In this document: positions 51,790 through 61,188 of the stretch, piece by piece
Layout: every line of letters begins with the position of its first letter
How positions within the stretch are numbered: the first letter of the stretch is position 1
NCBI GenBank assembly: GCA_965204725.1
Contig: OZ242005.1
Location: 352,001-416,000 of the forward strand
Direction: 5' to 3'
Length of the DNA stretch: 64,000 bases
Source: Candidatus Latescibacterota bacterium
Lineage (GTDB): Bacteria; Latescibacterota; UBA2968; UBA8231
Notes under the pieces: generated by a model
Database searches by the model: none
Seen by the model: only the letters and a program-made list of their open reading frames with translations
What the model was told of the DNA's origin: nothing
Made by a program: the position numbers and the translations under genes

Positions 51790-52050
51790 ATGGAAAGTAT
51801 AAGCCGACAGCAAGAAGTAGATGAAAACTACGAGGCTTTCAAGGCTATGCTGCCCGAGTTAATGCGAACCCATCCAAATAAATTTGCGCTCATGCATAAT
51901 AAGGAGGTAGTCGCTTGCTTCGATACAAGCAGAGATGCGATTGCTGCGGGAAACAATTTGATAGATGGGCATTTCTCGGTACAACAGATTACCGACCGTT
52001 CCATTGATTTAGGATATTTCTCTCATGCCGGTGTTTTCTGGACAGTTTAA
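51790..52050 (+). CDS. Small hypothetical protein (DUF5678-like)
   Basis: NYEAF...HPNKFALMH; AAGGAG RBS. Confidence 0.6.
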   Translation: MESISRQQEVDENYEAFKAMLPELMRTHPNKFALMHNKEVVACFDTSRDAIAAGNNLIDGHFSVQQITDRSIDLGYFSHAGVFWTV

Positions 52051-52474
52051 TTGGAATGAGGGCCTAATATGGCAGGTCGGGTTCATTGATGCGTCCAAAA
52101 AACCTAATGGCGATGAGAGCAAACTTCATATATGCCCCGTCCTAGTCGATACAGGGGCTTCTCGAACCTGTATCGCAAGGTCCGTAATAGATGCTCTTGA
52201 GCTACAGCCTATTGGCAAGGTTGAAATGCAAACTGCCGGTGGGCTGGTCAACGTAAATGCGTACGATGTACATGTGGCTTTTATCGTCGATTTCAAACAG
52301 AATCCTGATGGCTCGCAGTCTGGCCAAGCCCAATTAACCCCCCAAACAGCAAACACTCAAGCTCTTGAATTCGATGCAGGAAAGAGTATCTATCAGGGGC
52401 TAATAGGCCGTGACATACTTCGCTACGGGGTGTTGATTCTTTCTATGGATGGGCATTATTCGTTTTCATATTGA
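52025..52474 (+). CDS. Retropepsin-like (clan AA) aspartyl protease
   Basis: LVDTGASRT and LIGRDIL motifs. Confidence 0.85.
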   Translation: MPVFSGQFNWNEGLIWQVGFIDASKKPNGDESKLHICPVLVDTGASRTCIARSVIDALELQPIGKVEMQTAGGLVNVNAYDVHVAFIVDFKQNPDGSQSGQAQLTPQTANTQALEFDAGKSIYQGLIGRDILRYGVLILSMDGHYSFSY

Positions 52475-54241
52475 CCCCTGAAATTGCAATTGATGCAGGC
52501 GGGCGTAGATGCCGTCTTGGGCTAGAAGCTCGTCGTGGCGGCCCTCTTCGCGCAACTGGCCGCGGTGGAGCACGAGGATTTTGTCGGCGCGGCGGATGGT
52601 CGAGAGGCGATGGGCAATGACGATGGAAGTGCGGTCGCGCATCAGCTTTTCGACCGCCTCCCGAATCCAGCCTTCGGTCTCGGTGTCGATGTGGGCCGTG
52701 GCTTCGTCCAGCACCAAAATGTCCGGGTCTGCCGCTAGGGCGCGGGCAAAGGACAAGAGCTGACGCTGGCCTGCCGACAGGGCGGCGCCGCGCTCTTGCA
52801 CCTCGTGGCGGTAGGTGCTGGGCAGGCGGTCGATAAAGCGGTCGGCGTTGACATAGCGAGCCACCCGGGCGACCGCCTCGTCCGACAGCTCGGGCGCTCC
52901 GAGACGGATGTTGCTGGCAATATCGCCGGCAAAGAGAAAGACGTCTTGCTGCACCAAGCCAAAGCGCCGCCGCAATGCTTCCACATTCCACTCGCGGATG
53001 TCGATGCCATCGACCAAAATCTGCCCGCGCTGAATCTCGTAAAAGCGGCACAACAAGCTGACGATGGTCGTCTTACCCGAGCCCGTGGCCCCGACTAAGG
53101 CCAAGCTCTGGCCCGGCGCGGCGCAAAAGGAAACGTCGCGCAGGGCCCACTCTTCCCCTTCGTAAGCAAACCAAACGCGGCGGAACTCGATGGCACCGGC
53201 AACGCGCACTCGGCGCACGGGACCGCCGCTTGGCTCGGGCGCGGCGTCGAGCAGCTCAAAGATGCGCTCGGACGAGGCCATGGCCACCTGCACGGTGGCG
53301 TACTCCTCGGCGAGGTTGCGGATGGGCATGAAGAAGCGGGGCACGTATTGCAGCATGGCGACCAAAACGCCCCAAGCAATTTCCGCACGCAACACTTGGC
53401 CAACGCCGTACCACAACACCAGCGCCATCAAAGCGGCCCCGCACAGTTCCATAAAGGGAAAGTAAGCCGAATGGTACAAGGTGCGGACCAAGCGAGCGTC
53501 GAGGTATTCGTCCGTACCCTCGTTGAAGCGGCGGGTGCTGCGCGGCTCGCAGTTGAACAGCTTTACCACCTCTATACCCGACAGGGTTTCCTGCAAATCC
53601 GCGCTGAAGCGGGCAAAGCGGGTGCGGGCTTGGCGGAAGGCTTGGTAGGTGCGGTTTTGCAGCCACAAGGTGGCGGCCAAGGCCACGGGCAAAAAGGCGC
53701 AGGTCAGCAGGCCCAACTCCACATCGAGATAGTAGAAGATGTAAAACAGAATAGAGGCGATGGTGACGGTTTCGGTCACCAGCGAGACCGCGCCGTAGGT
53801 GAAGAATTCGTTGAGCGCATCGACGTCGCTGGTATTGCGCGCCATCAACCGGCCGATGGGGGTGCGGTCAAAGAATTTGAGCGGCAGGTGCTGGAGGCAG
53901 GAGAAAATGTTTGAGCGCACGTCGCGCATGGTCCACTGCCCGACCATGCTGGTGATCCAGCTCTGGGCGTAGCCAATGGCGAATTGGGCTACCAACAGCG
54001 CGGCAAAAAGCAAGACGAGGGCCCCTAGGCCGTCTAAGTCGCCGGGCACGATGTGGTCGTCAACGGCTATTTTGGTCAACACGGGACCGGCCTGACGAGC
54101 CAGCGAAGCCGCGAGGATGAGCACCAACGTCGAGACCGCCCAAAGCCAGTAGGGCCGCAAGAAACCCAAGAGCCTAGCGACTAGACCGAGGTCAATGGAT
54201 TTTTTGTCGATTTCCGGTTCGTCGCGGACCATCGGCGGCAT
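52466..54241 (-). CDS. ABC exporter, TMD+NBD half (MdlB-like)
   Basis: GATGSGKT, LSAGQRQL, LDEAT. Confidence 0.93.
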   Translation of the reverse strand: MPPMVRDEPEIDKKSIDLGLVARLLGFLRPYWLWAVSTLVLILAASLARQAGPVLTKIAVDDHIVPGDLDGLGALVLLFAALLVAQFAIGYAQSWITSMVGQWTMRDVRSNIFSCLQHLPLKFFDRTPIGRLMARNTSDVDALNEFFTYGAVSLVTETVTIASILFYIFYYLDVELGLLTCAFLPVALAATLWLQNRTYQAFRQARTRFARFSADLQETLSGIEVVKLFNCEPRSTRRFNEGTDEYLDARLVRTLYHSAYFPFMELCGAALMALVLWYGVGQVLRAEIAWGVLVAMLQYVPRFFMPIRNLAEEYATVQVAMASSERIFELLDAAPEPSGGPVRRVRVAGAIEFRRVWFAYEGEEWALRDVSFCAAPGQSLALVGATGSGKTTIVSLLCRFYEIQRGQILVDGIDIREWNVEALRRRFGLVQQDVFLFAGDIASNIRLGAPELSDEAVARVARYVNADRFIDRLPSTYRHEVQERGAALSAGQRQLLSFARALAADPDILVLDEATAHIDTETEGWIREAVEKLMRDRTSIVIAHRLSTIRRADKILVLHRGQLREEGRHDELLAQDGIYARLHQLQFQGSI

Positions 54242-54247
54242 TAAAAA

Positions 54248-55993
54248 TTAGAGGTCGCTCAATTCCTCGGTGAGGTGCTGGCGGCGGTACGTCTCCGCGT
54301 ACAGGCCATCGCGTTTGAGCAATTGGTCGTGAGTGCCTTCTTCGACAACGCGCCCTTGGTCGAGCACGACGATGTGGTCCGCGCCCATGACGGTGGAGAT
54401 GCGATGGGCAATGAGGATGGTGGTGCGCTCGGCCATGACGGCGCGCAGGCGCGTGAGGATTTGCTCTTCGGTGCGGGTATCGACGCTGGCCAAGGCGTCG
54501 TCGAGAATGAGGATTTTCGGCTGGCGCACGACCGACCGAGCCAAGGCCGTGCGCTGCTTCTGCCCGCCCGACAAGGTGACGCCGCGCTCGCCGACGATGG
54601 TTTCCAGCCCTTGGGGAAAAGTCTTGAGGTCCGCGGCGAGTTGGGCGACCTCAATGGCGCGCTCGACCGCGTCTGGAGCGGCCGCGTCGAGGGCGATGTT
54701 GTCGCGGATGCTTTCGGAGAAGAGAAAGGTGTCCTGCGGCACGTAGCCGATGGCGTCGCGGAAGGCGTGCAGGGGAATTTGTTCAATGGGTTTGCCGTCG
54801 ATGAAAATTTGGCCCTCGCCGGCTTGGATGAGCCGGGGGATGAGCCGGGCCAGCGTGCTCTTGCCCGAGCCGACCCGGCCGACGATCGCGAGGGTGCTGC
54901 CGGCCGGTACGCGAATATCTATATCGCGCAGCACGGCTTGGCCATTGTACGCAAAGGAGGCGCGGCGGAATTCGATTTCGCCTTGGACCGCTAAGTCGCC
55001 GGCTTGGTGCTGGCTGGTCTGCGGCCTTTCTTTGAGCACGGACTCAATGCGCCGCATGGAAGCCATGGCGCGCTGGTATTCATCGACGATGCGGCCCATC
55101 ATCATCATCGGGCGGCTCATGCGGATCAAGTAGGCGTTGAAGGCGACAAAGACCCCCAAGGTCAGCGTCCCTTCAACAACGCGGGCACCACCCAGCCACA
55201 GGATGAATACCATGGACAGGCCGCTGATGAGAAAGGTGAAGGGGAAAAACGTGCTGTAGATGTAAATTAGGCGGCGATTGCGCTCGACGTACTCGTCGTT
55301 GAGTCGGGTGAAGCGGTCGATCTCGCGGCGGTGCCGGGCAAACGCCTTGACCACGCGTACACCCGAGAGGTTTTCCTGCAAGCAGGTGCTCATGGCGGCA
55401 AATTGTTCTTGGACCAAGCGATAGCGCGTGCGCACCTTGCCGCCGACCAAGCGCAGGATCACGGTCATAACGGGCATGGGCAACAGCGCGTACAGGGTCA
55501 GTTGCCAGTCGTACAGGCACATGGCAACCATGCTCAAGCTGAAGCCGAGCAGGGCACTCAGGAACATGCGGAAGCCGTGGCTGAGGTAGCGCTGCACGGC
55601 CTCGACATCGTTGGTCGCCCGCGCCATTAGATCGCCGGTGCGGGCCTGTTGGAAATAGCCCAAGGGCAAGGTGAGCAGGTGGGCGAAATAGCACTGGCGG
55701 ATGTCGCGCTCGACGCGATACGAAGTAGCGGCCAAGTGCCAGCGCATACCAAAGGCCATGCCCCACTGCGCTAGGCCCAAACCGACGATGACAGCGGCGT
55801 AGTACGCGAGAAACGTCCAGTCCGGTGCGGCTTGATCCAAGCTAGCTTGGGCTTGGTCAATGGCACTTTCGAGGACGAGGGGGATAGAAACGGAGACGAG
55901 CTGTTCGCCCAGCAAAAAAGCTAGGCCCGCGACTAAAGCCCAGCGGTAGGGACGGAGGTACGAGGCAAACGGTTTGAAGGGATTGAAGCTCAT
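54248..55993 (-). CDS. ABC exporter, TMD+NBD half (MdlA-like)
   Basis: TGDLMARATND, GRVGSGKS, LSGGQKQR, LDDALASVD. Confidence 0.93.
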   Translation of the reverse strand: MSFNPFKPFASYLRPYRWALVAGLAFLLGEQLVSVSIPLVLESAIDQAQASLDQAAPDWTFLAYYAAVIVGLGLAQWGMAFGMRWHLAATSYRVERDIRQCYFAHLLTLPLGYFQQARTGDLMARATNDVEAVQRYLSHGFRMFLSALLGFSLSMVAMCLYDWQLTLYALLPMPVMTVILRLVGGKVRTRYRLVQEQFAAMSTCLQENLSGVRVVKAFARHRREIDRFTRLNDEYVERNRRLIYIYSTFFPFTFLISGLSMVFILWLGGARVVEGTLTLGVFVAFNAYLIRMSRPMMMMGRIVDEYQRAMASMRRIESVLKERPQTSQHQAGDLAVQGEIEFRRASFAYNGQAVLRDIDIRVPAGSTLAIVGRVGSGKSTLARLIPRLIQAGEGQIFIDGKPIEQIPLHAFRDAIGYVPQDTFLFSESIRDNIALDAAAPDAVERAIEVAQLAADLKTFPQGLETIVGERGVTLSGGQKQRTALARSVVRQPKILILDDALASVDTRTEEQILTRLRAVMAERTTILIAHRISTVMGADHIVVLDQGRVVEEGTHDQLLKRDGLYAETYRRQHLTEELSDL

Positions 55994-56081
55994 GCGCTGT
56001 TTGGTGAACCGCTAATATCTTACTTAGACTATACATGCTTACGAACCATGTCAAAGCAAGCGCGGATGCCGCGTCTGTGGT

Positions 56082-56984
56082 TTACCCCTTCACCGCCCCG
56101 AGCTGAATCCCGCTGATAAACCACCGCTGGAAAAAGACGAAAACTGCGATCATCGGCACGAGCATTAGCATCGACCCGGCGCAAATCAGCCCGTAGTCGT
56201 TGACGTATAAGTCCGACAGCTTGGCCAACCCCACCGGCAGCACCATCATGGAATCCGAATCCGTCACGATCAGGGGCCAGAGAAAAGCCCGCCAACGCCC
56301 GAGGAAGGTAAAAATCGCCAGCGCCCCCAGCGCCGGCTTGGCCAGCGGCACCACCACGTGCCAAAACACGCCCCACGCCGAGCATCCGTCGATGAGCGCA
56401 GCCTCCTCGATCTCGCGCGAAATGCCCAGCAAAAACTGCCGCAGCATAAACGTCCCATAGGCACTAAAACACCCCGGGGCAATGAGCGCGAAAAAGCTGT
56501 CCAGCCCCACCGGATGGCCGATGTAATAGTCCCCCCAGTAGAGGAAGCCGCTGAAGAAATCCGTCGCTAGGGCGGAGTTGAGCCAGTGGGGAATTTTCTT
56601 CATCAGCACAAATTGCGGGATCATCAGCACATCGGCCGGAATCATCATCGTCGATAGGTAGCCGAGAAAGAGCACATCGCGGCCCCTAAACCGCAAGCGG
56701 GCAAAGGCGTACGCCGCCAGCGCACTCGTGGCAACTTGGACCGCAGTGACTGCGGTGGCGATGAGCAGCGAGTTGGCGTAGTAGCGGAGGAAGGAAAAGG
56801 CGCGGAACACGCCGGCGTAATTGTCCGTCGTCCAGCGCGGCGGAATCCACCCGAGCGTCACATCGACGTTGTATTTGAAGGAGGTGAGCAAAGTCCACAC
56901 CAGCGGCACCACCATGCCGCTGAGCACGAGCAGCAAAATCGCATAGATAATGATCGTGGATTGGTACCGATGCCAGCGCGCCAT
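56082..56984 (-). CDS. Carbohydrate ABC transporter permease
   Basis: AYAFARLRF, EEAALIDG EAA motif. Confidence 0.92.
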   Translation of the reverse strand: MARWHRYQSTIIIYAILLLVLSGMVVPLVWTLLTSFKYNVDVTLGWIPPRWTTDNYAGVFRAFSFLRYYANSLLIATAVTAVQVATSALAAYAFARLRFRGRDVLFLGYLSTMMIPADVLMIPQFVLMKKIPHWLNSALATDFFSGFLYWGDYYIGHPVGLDSFFALIAPGCFSAYGTFMLRQFLLGISREIEEAALIDGCSAWGVFWHVVVPLAKPALGALAIFTFLGRWRAFLWPLIVTDSDSMMVLPVGLAKLSDLYVNDYGLICAGSMLMLVPMIAVFVFFQRWFISGIQLGAVKG

Positions 56985-57928
56985 TAGACGGCCTCCAGCC
57001 GCTTGCCGCCGTAGCGCCAGTTGAGCAAGGTCGCCGCAAAAATTAGCGCGAAGAGCACCATTGAAATCGCGGCGGCATAGCCGACCTCAAGCTGCTCGTA
57101 CGCTTGGGTGTAGATGTAGTAGCTCACGGTGGTCGTCGAGCCTTCGGGGCCGCCGCCGGTCATTACATAAGCGGCCTCAAACCCGCCTTGCAGGCCGCCG
57201 ATTACGCTGGTGACGAGGATGAAAAACGTCGTGGGCGCGAGCTGGGGCACGGTGATGTGGATCAGTTGCGACCACCAGCCGGCCCCGTCCATTTCAGCGG
57301 CCTCGTAGAGCTCGGGCGGGATGTTTTGCAAGCCGGCCAAGTAGAGAACCATGTTGTAGCCGCCGACGCTGGCCCAGACAAACATGACGATCAGCGCGGG
57401 CTTGGCCCAAGCCGCGCTGATGAGCCACCCCGGCAAGAGCGCCGCGGCCCGCTCGGGCGCGATCCCCAACCACCCAAACACCTGCCACAAAAGCCCGTTG
57501 ACAATGCCGACGTTTGGCTCGTAGGTCAGGAGCATCTTCCAGACCATGTAAATGGCGATGCCCGTACACAGATGGGGAATGAAGAAGAGGGTGCGGAAGA
57601 AGATGCGGCCGGGTAACTCTCGGTTTAACAACACGGCCAAGAGCAGGGAGCCGGCCATGGCGAGCGGGATGTTGAGCATCAAAAAGAGCGTGTTGCCGAG
57701 GTACTGCCAAAAGTATGGGTCGCGGGCCACCCACTCGCCATCCACCCGTTTGAAGAGGACCAACTCCGCAAAGTTGTCCAGCCCGATGAAGCTGGGATCG
57801 CCCGAGGCGAGCTGATAGCGGTAGAAGCCCATGCCCGCAGCCACCACGACCGGACCCAGCGCAAAAATGAGAAAGCCGACGAAATTGGGCAGCAGAAAGA
57901 AAAAGGCGGCCTTGTTTTGACGCCTCAC
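56984..57928 (-). CDS. Carbohydrate ABC transporter permease
   Basis: FIGLDNF, LAGLQNIPPELYEAAEMDGA; GTG at 57928 overlapping upstream stop. Confidence 0.9.
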   Translation of the reverse strand: MRRQNKAAFFFLLPNFVGFLIFALGPVVVAAGMGFYRYQLASGDPSFIGLDNFAELVLFKRVDGEWVARDPYFWQYLGNTLFLMLNIPLAMAGSLLLAVLLNRELPGRIFFRTLFFIPHLCTGIAIYMVWKMLLTYEPNVGIVNGLLWQVFGWLGIAPERAAALLPGWLISAAWAKPALIVMFVWASVGGYNMVLYLAGLQNIPPELYEAAEMDGAGWWSQLIHITVPQLAPTTFFILVTSVIGGLQGGFEAAYVMTGGGPEGSTTTVSYYIYTQAYEQLEVGYAAAISMVLFALIFAATLLNWRYGGKRLEAV

Positions 57929-59211
57929 AACGCGCTTTCCTCGGCGTAGATGCGTTGCAGATAGGCATTGGTTACTTGATGGGCCTCGGCGAGGGCTTCG
58001 GCCACGCTCTCGCGGCCGGTGAGGGCGGCGTCGAGTTCGTCGAGCATCCGGCGGTAGAGGTCTTCCCACCACAGTTCCTGGGGGAAGAGCCGGACCTCGT
58101 AGTCCATCGAGCGCACGAAGACTTCCTCCTCGTAGGGCGTTGACGCCCGCGGATAGGTCCGGCGGGCCACCGAGCGCTGCGGCGGCAGGTCGCTGCCCAA
58201 CTGGGCCATCTTGGTCGTCGCCTCGGCCGAGACCATGTGCTTGAGTACATCCCAAGCGACTTCGGGCTCTCGCGTCCCCTTCCAGATCGTAAAACCAACG
58301 CTGGCGTAGCGCGTCTGCCGGCCCGCCGGCCCTTGGGGAAAGAGGGCCGCGTCCCACTCAAAGCGGTCCAAAAGCTGAAAGGTCGGCAGCATCCACGGCC
58401 CCATGATGCCGATGGCGATCCGCCCGGCCTCAAAGGTAAAGGTGCTCATGGCGTTGTCGCTGCGCACGCCGGGGCGGGGCGGACTGACCTTGTGCTTAAA
58501 GTAGAGATCGACGTAGAACTGCACCGCTTGGGCTACGCGCGGATCGTCGAGGTTGGAAACGTAGCGTCCGTTTTCCCAGCGCAAGAAGTCCCCGCCCATG
58601 CTCCACACGTAGCTGGCAATGTCGTATGGGGTGCAGCCATAAATATCCGGCAGGCCGTCTTGGTCCTCGTCGATGGTCAGGGTCTGGGCTTTGGCTAGGA
58701 GATCGTCGAAGGTCCAGTCGTCGGTAGGATAGCTAACGCCGTAGCGGTCAAACAGGTCCTTGTTGTAAAAGCAGGTAATGGTGCTGCCTTTGACGGGTAG
58801 GCCGTAGAGGACGTCGTGGTACGTGTATCCTTGCAAGCCCACCGGATAGTAATCGTCGGTGTCGAGCTGGTCACGCCGAACCAAGCCGTCGAGCGGCAAA
58901 AGCTGCCCGGTGCTAGCGACTTGGGGCATCTGCCGCCAGTGCAATACGCAGATGTCGGGGGCGTGCCCGGCGTCCATGCCCGTCAGTAGCTTTTGCACGA
59001 CGCTGCGACCGGGCACAACCTCCAAACGCAGGCGAACCTCCGGGTGCTGCTGGCGATACTCGGCCGCGACCTTGCGGTATAGCTCGGCCTCTTGCGGCGA
59101 GCCATAGACCCACATGGTCAGCACCTCTTCGGCCGGATACCAGCGAATGGCGAGGACGCTCCAGAGCGCCCCAACGGCCAGCGCGGCCGTGATCCCGATG
59201 CGGAGGAGCAA
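57925..59211 (-). CDS. Sugar ABC transporter substrate-binding protein
   Basis: APDI, LLPLD, LYGLP, FYNKDLF..YPTDDWT. Confidence 0.9.
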   Translation of the reverse strand: MLLRIGITAALAVGALWSVLAIRWYPAEEVLTMWVYGSPQEAELYRKVAAEYRQQHPEVRLRLEVVPGRSVVQKLLTGMDAGHAPDICVLHWRQMPQVASTGQLLPLDGLVRRDQLDTDDYYPVGLQGYTYHDVLYGLPVKGSTITCFYNKDLFDRYGVSYPTDDWTFDDLLAKAQTLTIDEDQDGLPDIYGCTPYDIASYVWSMGGDFLRWENGRYVSNLDDPRVAQAVQFYVDLYFKHKVSPPRPGVRSDNAMSTFTFEAGRIAIGIMGPWMLPTFQLLDRFEWDAALFPQGPAGRQTRYASVGFTIWKGTREPEVAWDVLKHMVSAEATTKMAQLGSDLPPQRSVARRTYPRASTPYEEEVFVRSMDYEVRLFPQELWWEDLYRRMLDELDAALTGRESVAEALAEAHQVTNAYLQRIYAEESAL

Positions 59212-59219
59212 TGCCGCCC

Positions 59220-60086
59220 CTAGCTCGCGGCGAATAGCTTTTCGCGCAACGGCTGTTGCAGCTCGTAGATGCCGCTGCCGCTACGCGGCCCGGCCGGCAG
59301 GCGCGTGCGAGCCGTCAGCGACGTGAGGCGAAAATCAAAGGTGGGAGTGCCGCACAGGATGTTGGCGTTAAAGGCATCCCAATTGCTCACTCCGCTGAGC
59401 GGCCACGCATCGACCGCCGCGTACTGATAGAGCAAGAGCCGCCGGGACTGGCCCGAGCGGTTCAGTGCTGAGCCGTGCAAGGTGCGGGCGTGGTGAATGG
59501 AAAGCGAGCCGGCTTTCATGGCCAGCGGAACGGCCTCTGCGAGGTCAATCTGGTCGCGCGCCGGGCTGATGGCCCCGATGAAGTAGCCGTCTTGGTGGTG
59601 ATCGAGAATCAGTCCGCGGTGCGAGCCGGGTACGACCATCATGCAGCCATTTTCTTGCGTGGCGTCGTCTAGGGCAATGCCAACGGCGCACAAATCGTCG
59701 TTGGTGTGCGGATAATGGGCAAAGTCTTGGTGCCACTCAACCGGGCTGCCGCCATCGGCCGGCTTCATGTTGAGCTTGTCGCCTTGGGCGCGAATGGCCG
59801 GGCCGATCAGGGGCGTCAACAGGTCTAGGATGCGGCGGTCGCGCATCAAGCCGCCGAAAAAGGGGTGATAACTCGCCGGTGCGCCCAAGCGGCGCACCTT
59901 GGGGTTTTCCGGGGTGTGGCCCGGCTCTAGGTCGAAGTGCCCGCTCTGCTCGGAGACGTGCCGCGCCTGCTCGACGAAGTCATCGACGATGGCGTGGGCC
60001 TCCTCTAGCTCGGCTGGGCGCAACACATCTTCGACGATGAGATAGCCATGTTCGCGGTAGAAATCGACCTGTTCTTGGGTGGGCAT
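59220..60086 (-). CDS. Phytanoyl-CoA dioxygenase family Fe(II)/2OG oxygenase
   Basis: WHQD, NGCMMVVPGSH, HHARTLHGS..N.S; ATG 60086 after AGGAGG. Confidence 0.92.
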   Translation of the reverse strand: MPTQEQVDFYREHGYLIVEDVLRPAELEEAHAIVDDFVEQARHVSEQSGHFDLEPGHTPENPKVRRLGAPASYHPFFGGLMRDRRILDLLTPLIGPAIRAQGDKLNMKPADGGSPVEWHQDFAHYPHTNDDLCAVGIALDDATQENGCMMVVPGSHRGLILDHHQDGYFIGAISPARDQIDLAEAVPLAMKAGSLSIHHARTLHGSALNRSGQSRRLLLYQYAAVDAWPLSGVSNWDAFNANILCGTPTFDFRLTSLTARTRLPAGPRSGSGIYELQQPLREKLFAAS

Positions 60087-60096
60087 ATCGCCTCCT

Positions 60097-60138
60097 AAAA
60101 GTAGAAGGGCAGGCCCCGCACCTAGGCGAGACCTGCCC
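60097..60138 (-). terminator. Probable intrinsic terminator hairpin
   Basis: GGGCAGGTCTCGC-CTAGGT-GCGGGGCCTGCCC followed by TTCTACTTTT on minus strand. Confidence 0.65.
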
Positions 60139-60168
60139 GGAATGGTACTGCGATTGAGATGAAACGGC

Positions 60169-61062
60169 CTAGAACTGGGCCTTGATTCGGCCCCAGCTAT
60201 TCGCCTCGACCGACGTGCCCGTACCCCAGTCGATGTTGGCATCGGCCGGCGTTAGCAGCAAGTCTTGGCCGGCGTGGCAGCACGAAATGGGATTGGTGCT
60301 CCACATGCCGATGCGGTTGTCGCCATCGCCATCGCCGCCATCGACGTCGTTGACCGTCAGGGTGATGTGAATGATCTCGCCCTCGCTCAGGTCGTGGACC
60401 TCAACTTGGTCTTCGGTGGCTTCATCCGAGCGCGGCATCCGATGAATCGGCAGGATGCGGAGCTCGTAGTCGTACGTGCTCTCGCCGAACTCATCGCCCG
60501 TGAAGCTGTGGGCGATCTCGATGTACTGCGAGCCGCTGGTCATCCACGGCAGGTTGAGAATCGGGCGATACCACTCAAAGGTCTCCTGATACACCGGGAA
60601 GGCAAACTTGTAGCTAAAGCTGGTCGCATCGTCGCCGGGGTTCAGATCGTCGCGGGCTTGGTGCGCCGCGTTGAGCTCGTACTCGACGCTGTCATCCCAG
60701 AAGAATTTGCCCGGGTCTTGGCGCTGCGTGACGTGAATGTTGTCGAAGACGCGGCTGGTGATGTACACGTTGTTGGTCGCGTCGTTCCAGCCGACGATGT
60801 GGCGGATCTGCATTGAGCTGGCGTCCAGCCCACCGCGGTCGACGTTCTCGCCGGCAAAGCCGTGAATCGAGAACAAGGACTCGCTGAAAATCCCGTACTG
60901 CTCGAGGGGCACGGGGGCCCACTCGCTGGGGTCGCCGTCGATGACGGGGACGTTGGCATCGGGGAAATTCACGGCGACCAACAGTTCGCCCGGTGGCTCA
61001 TGGGCTTGGGCGGCAACCACAAGGCCCAACGAAGCAACGGCGGTGGTGAGAATTTTCTTCAT
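60169..61062 (-). CDS. Secreted protein, CBM9/DOMON-like fold, C-terminal SWGRIK motif
   Basis: MKK..AAQA signal, PVIDGDPSEW, DDSVE; ends TSVEANSWGRIKAQF. Confidence 0.7.
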   Translation of the reverse strand: MKKILTTAVASLGLVVAAQAHEPPGELLVAVNFPDANVPVIDGDPSEWAPVPLEQYGIFSESLFSIHGFAGENVDRGGLDASSMQIRHIVGWNDATNNVYITSRVFDNIHVTQRQDPGKFFWDDSVEYELNAAHQARDDLNPGDDATSFSYKFAFPVYQETFEWYRPILNLPWMTSGSQYIEIAHSFTGDEFGESTYDYELRILPIHRMPRSDEATEDQVEVHDLSEGEIIHITLTVNDVDGGDGDGDNRIGMWSTNPISCCHAGQDLLLTPADANIDWGTGTSVEANSWGRIKAQF

Positions 61063-61188
61063 GGTAAAACTACCTCCACGAGATAGGGGTGAATAAAAAT
61101 GAAAGAAGAGAAAAGGTGGTCTTCCCTTCTCGGTTCTGCAATGCGATAAGTGCTCAATATACGCGCCCTCAAAAGCGTCCGTCAAGGC

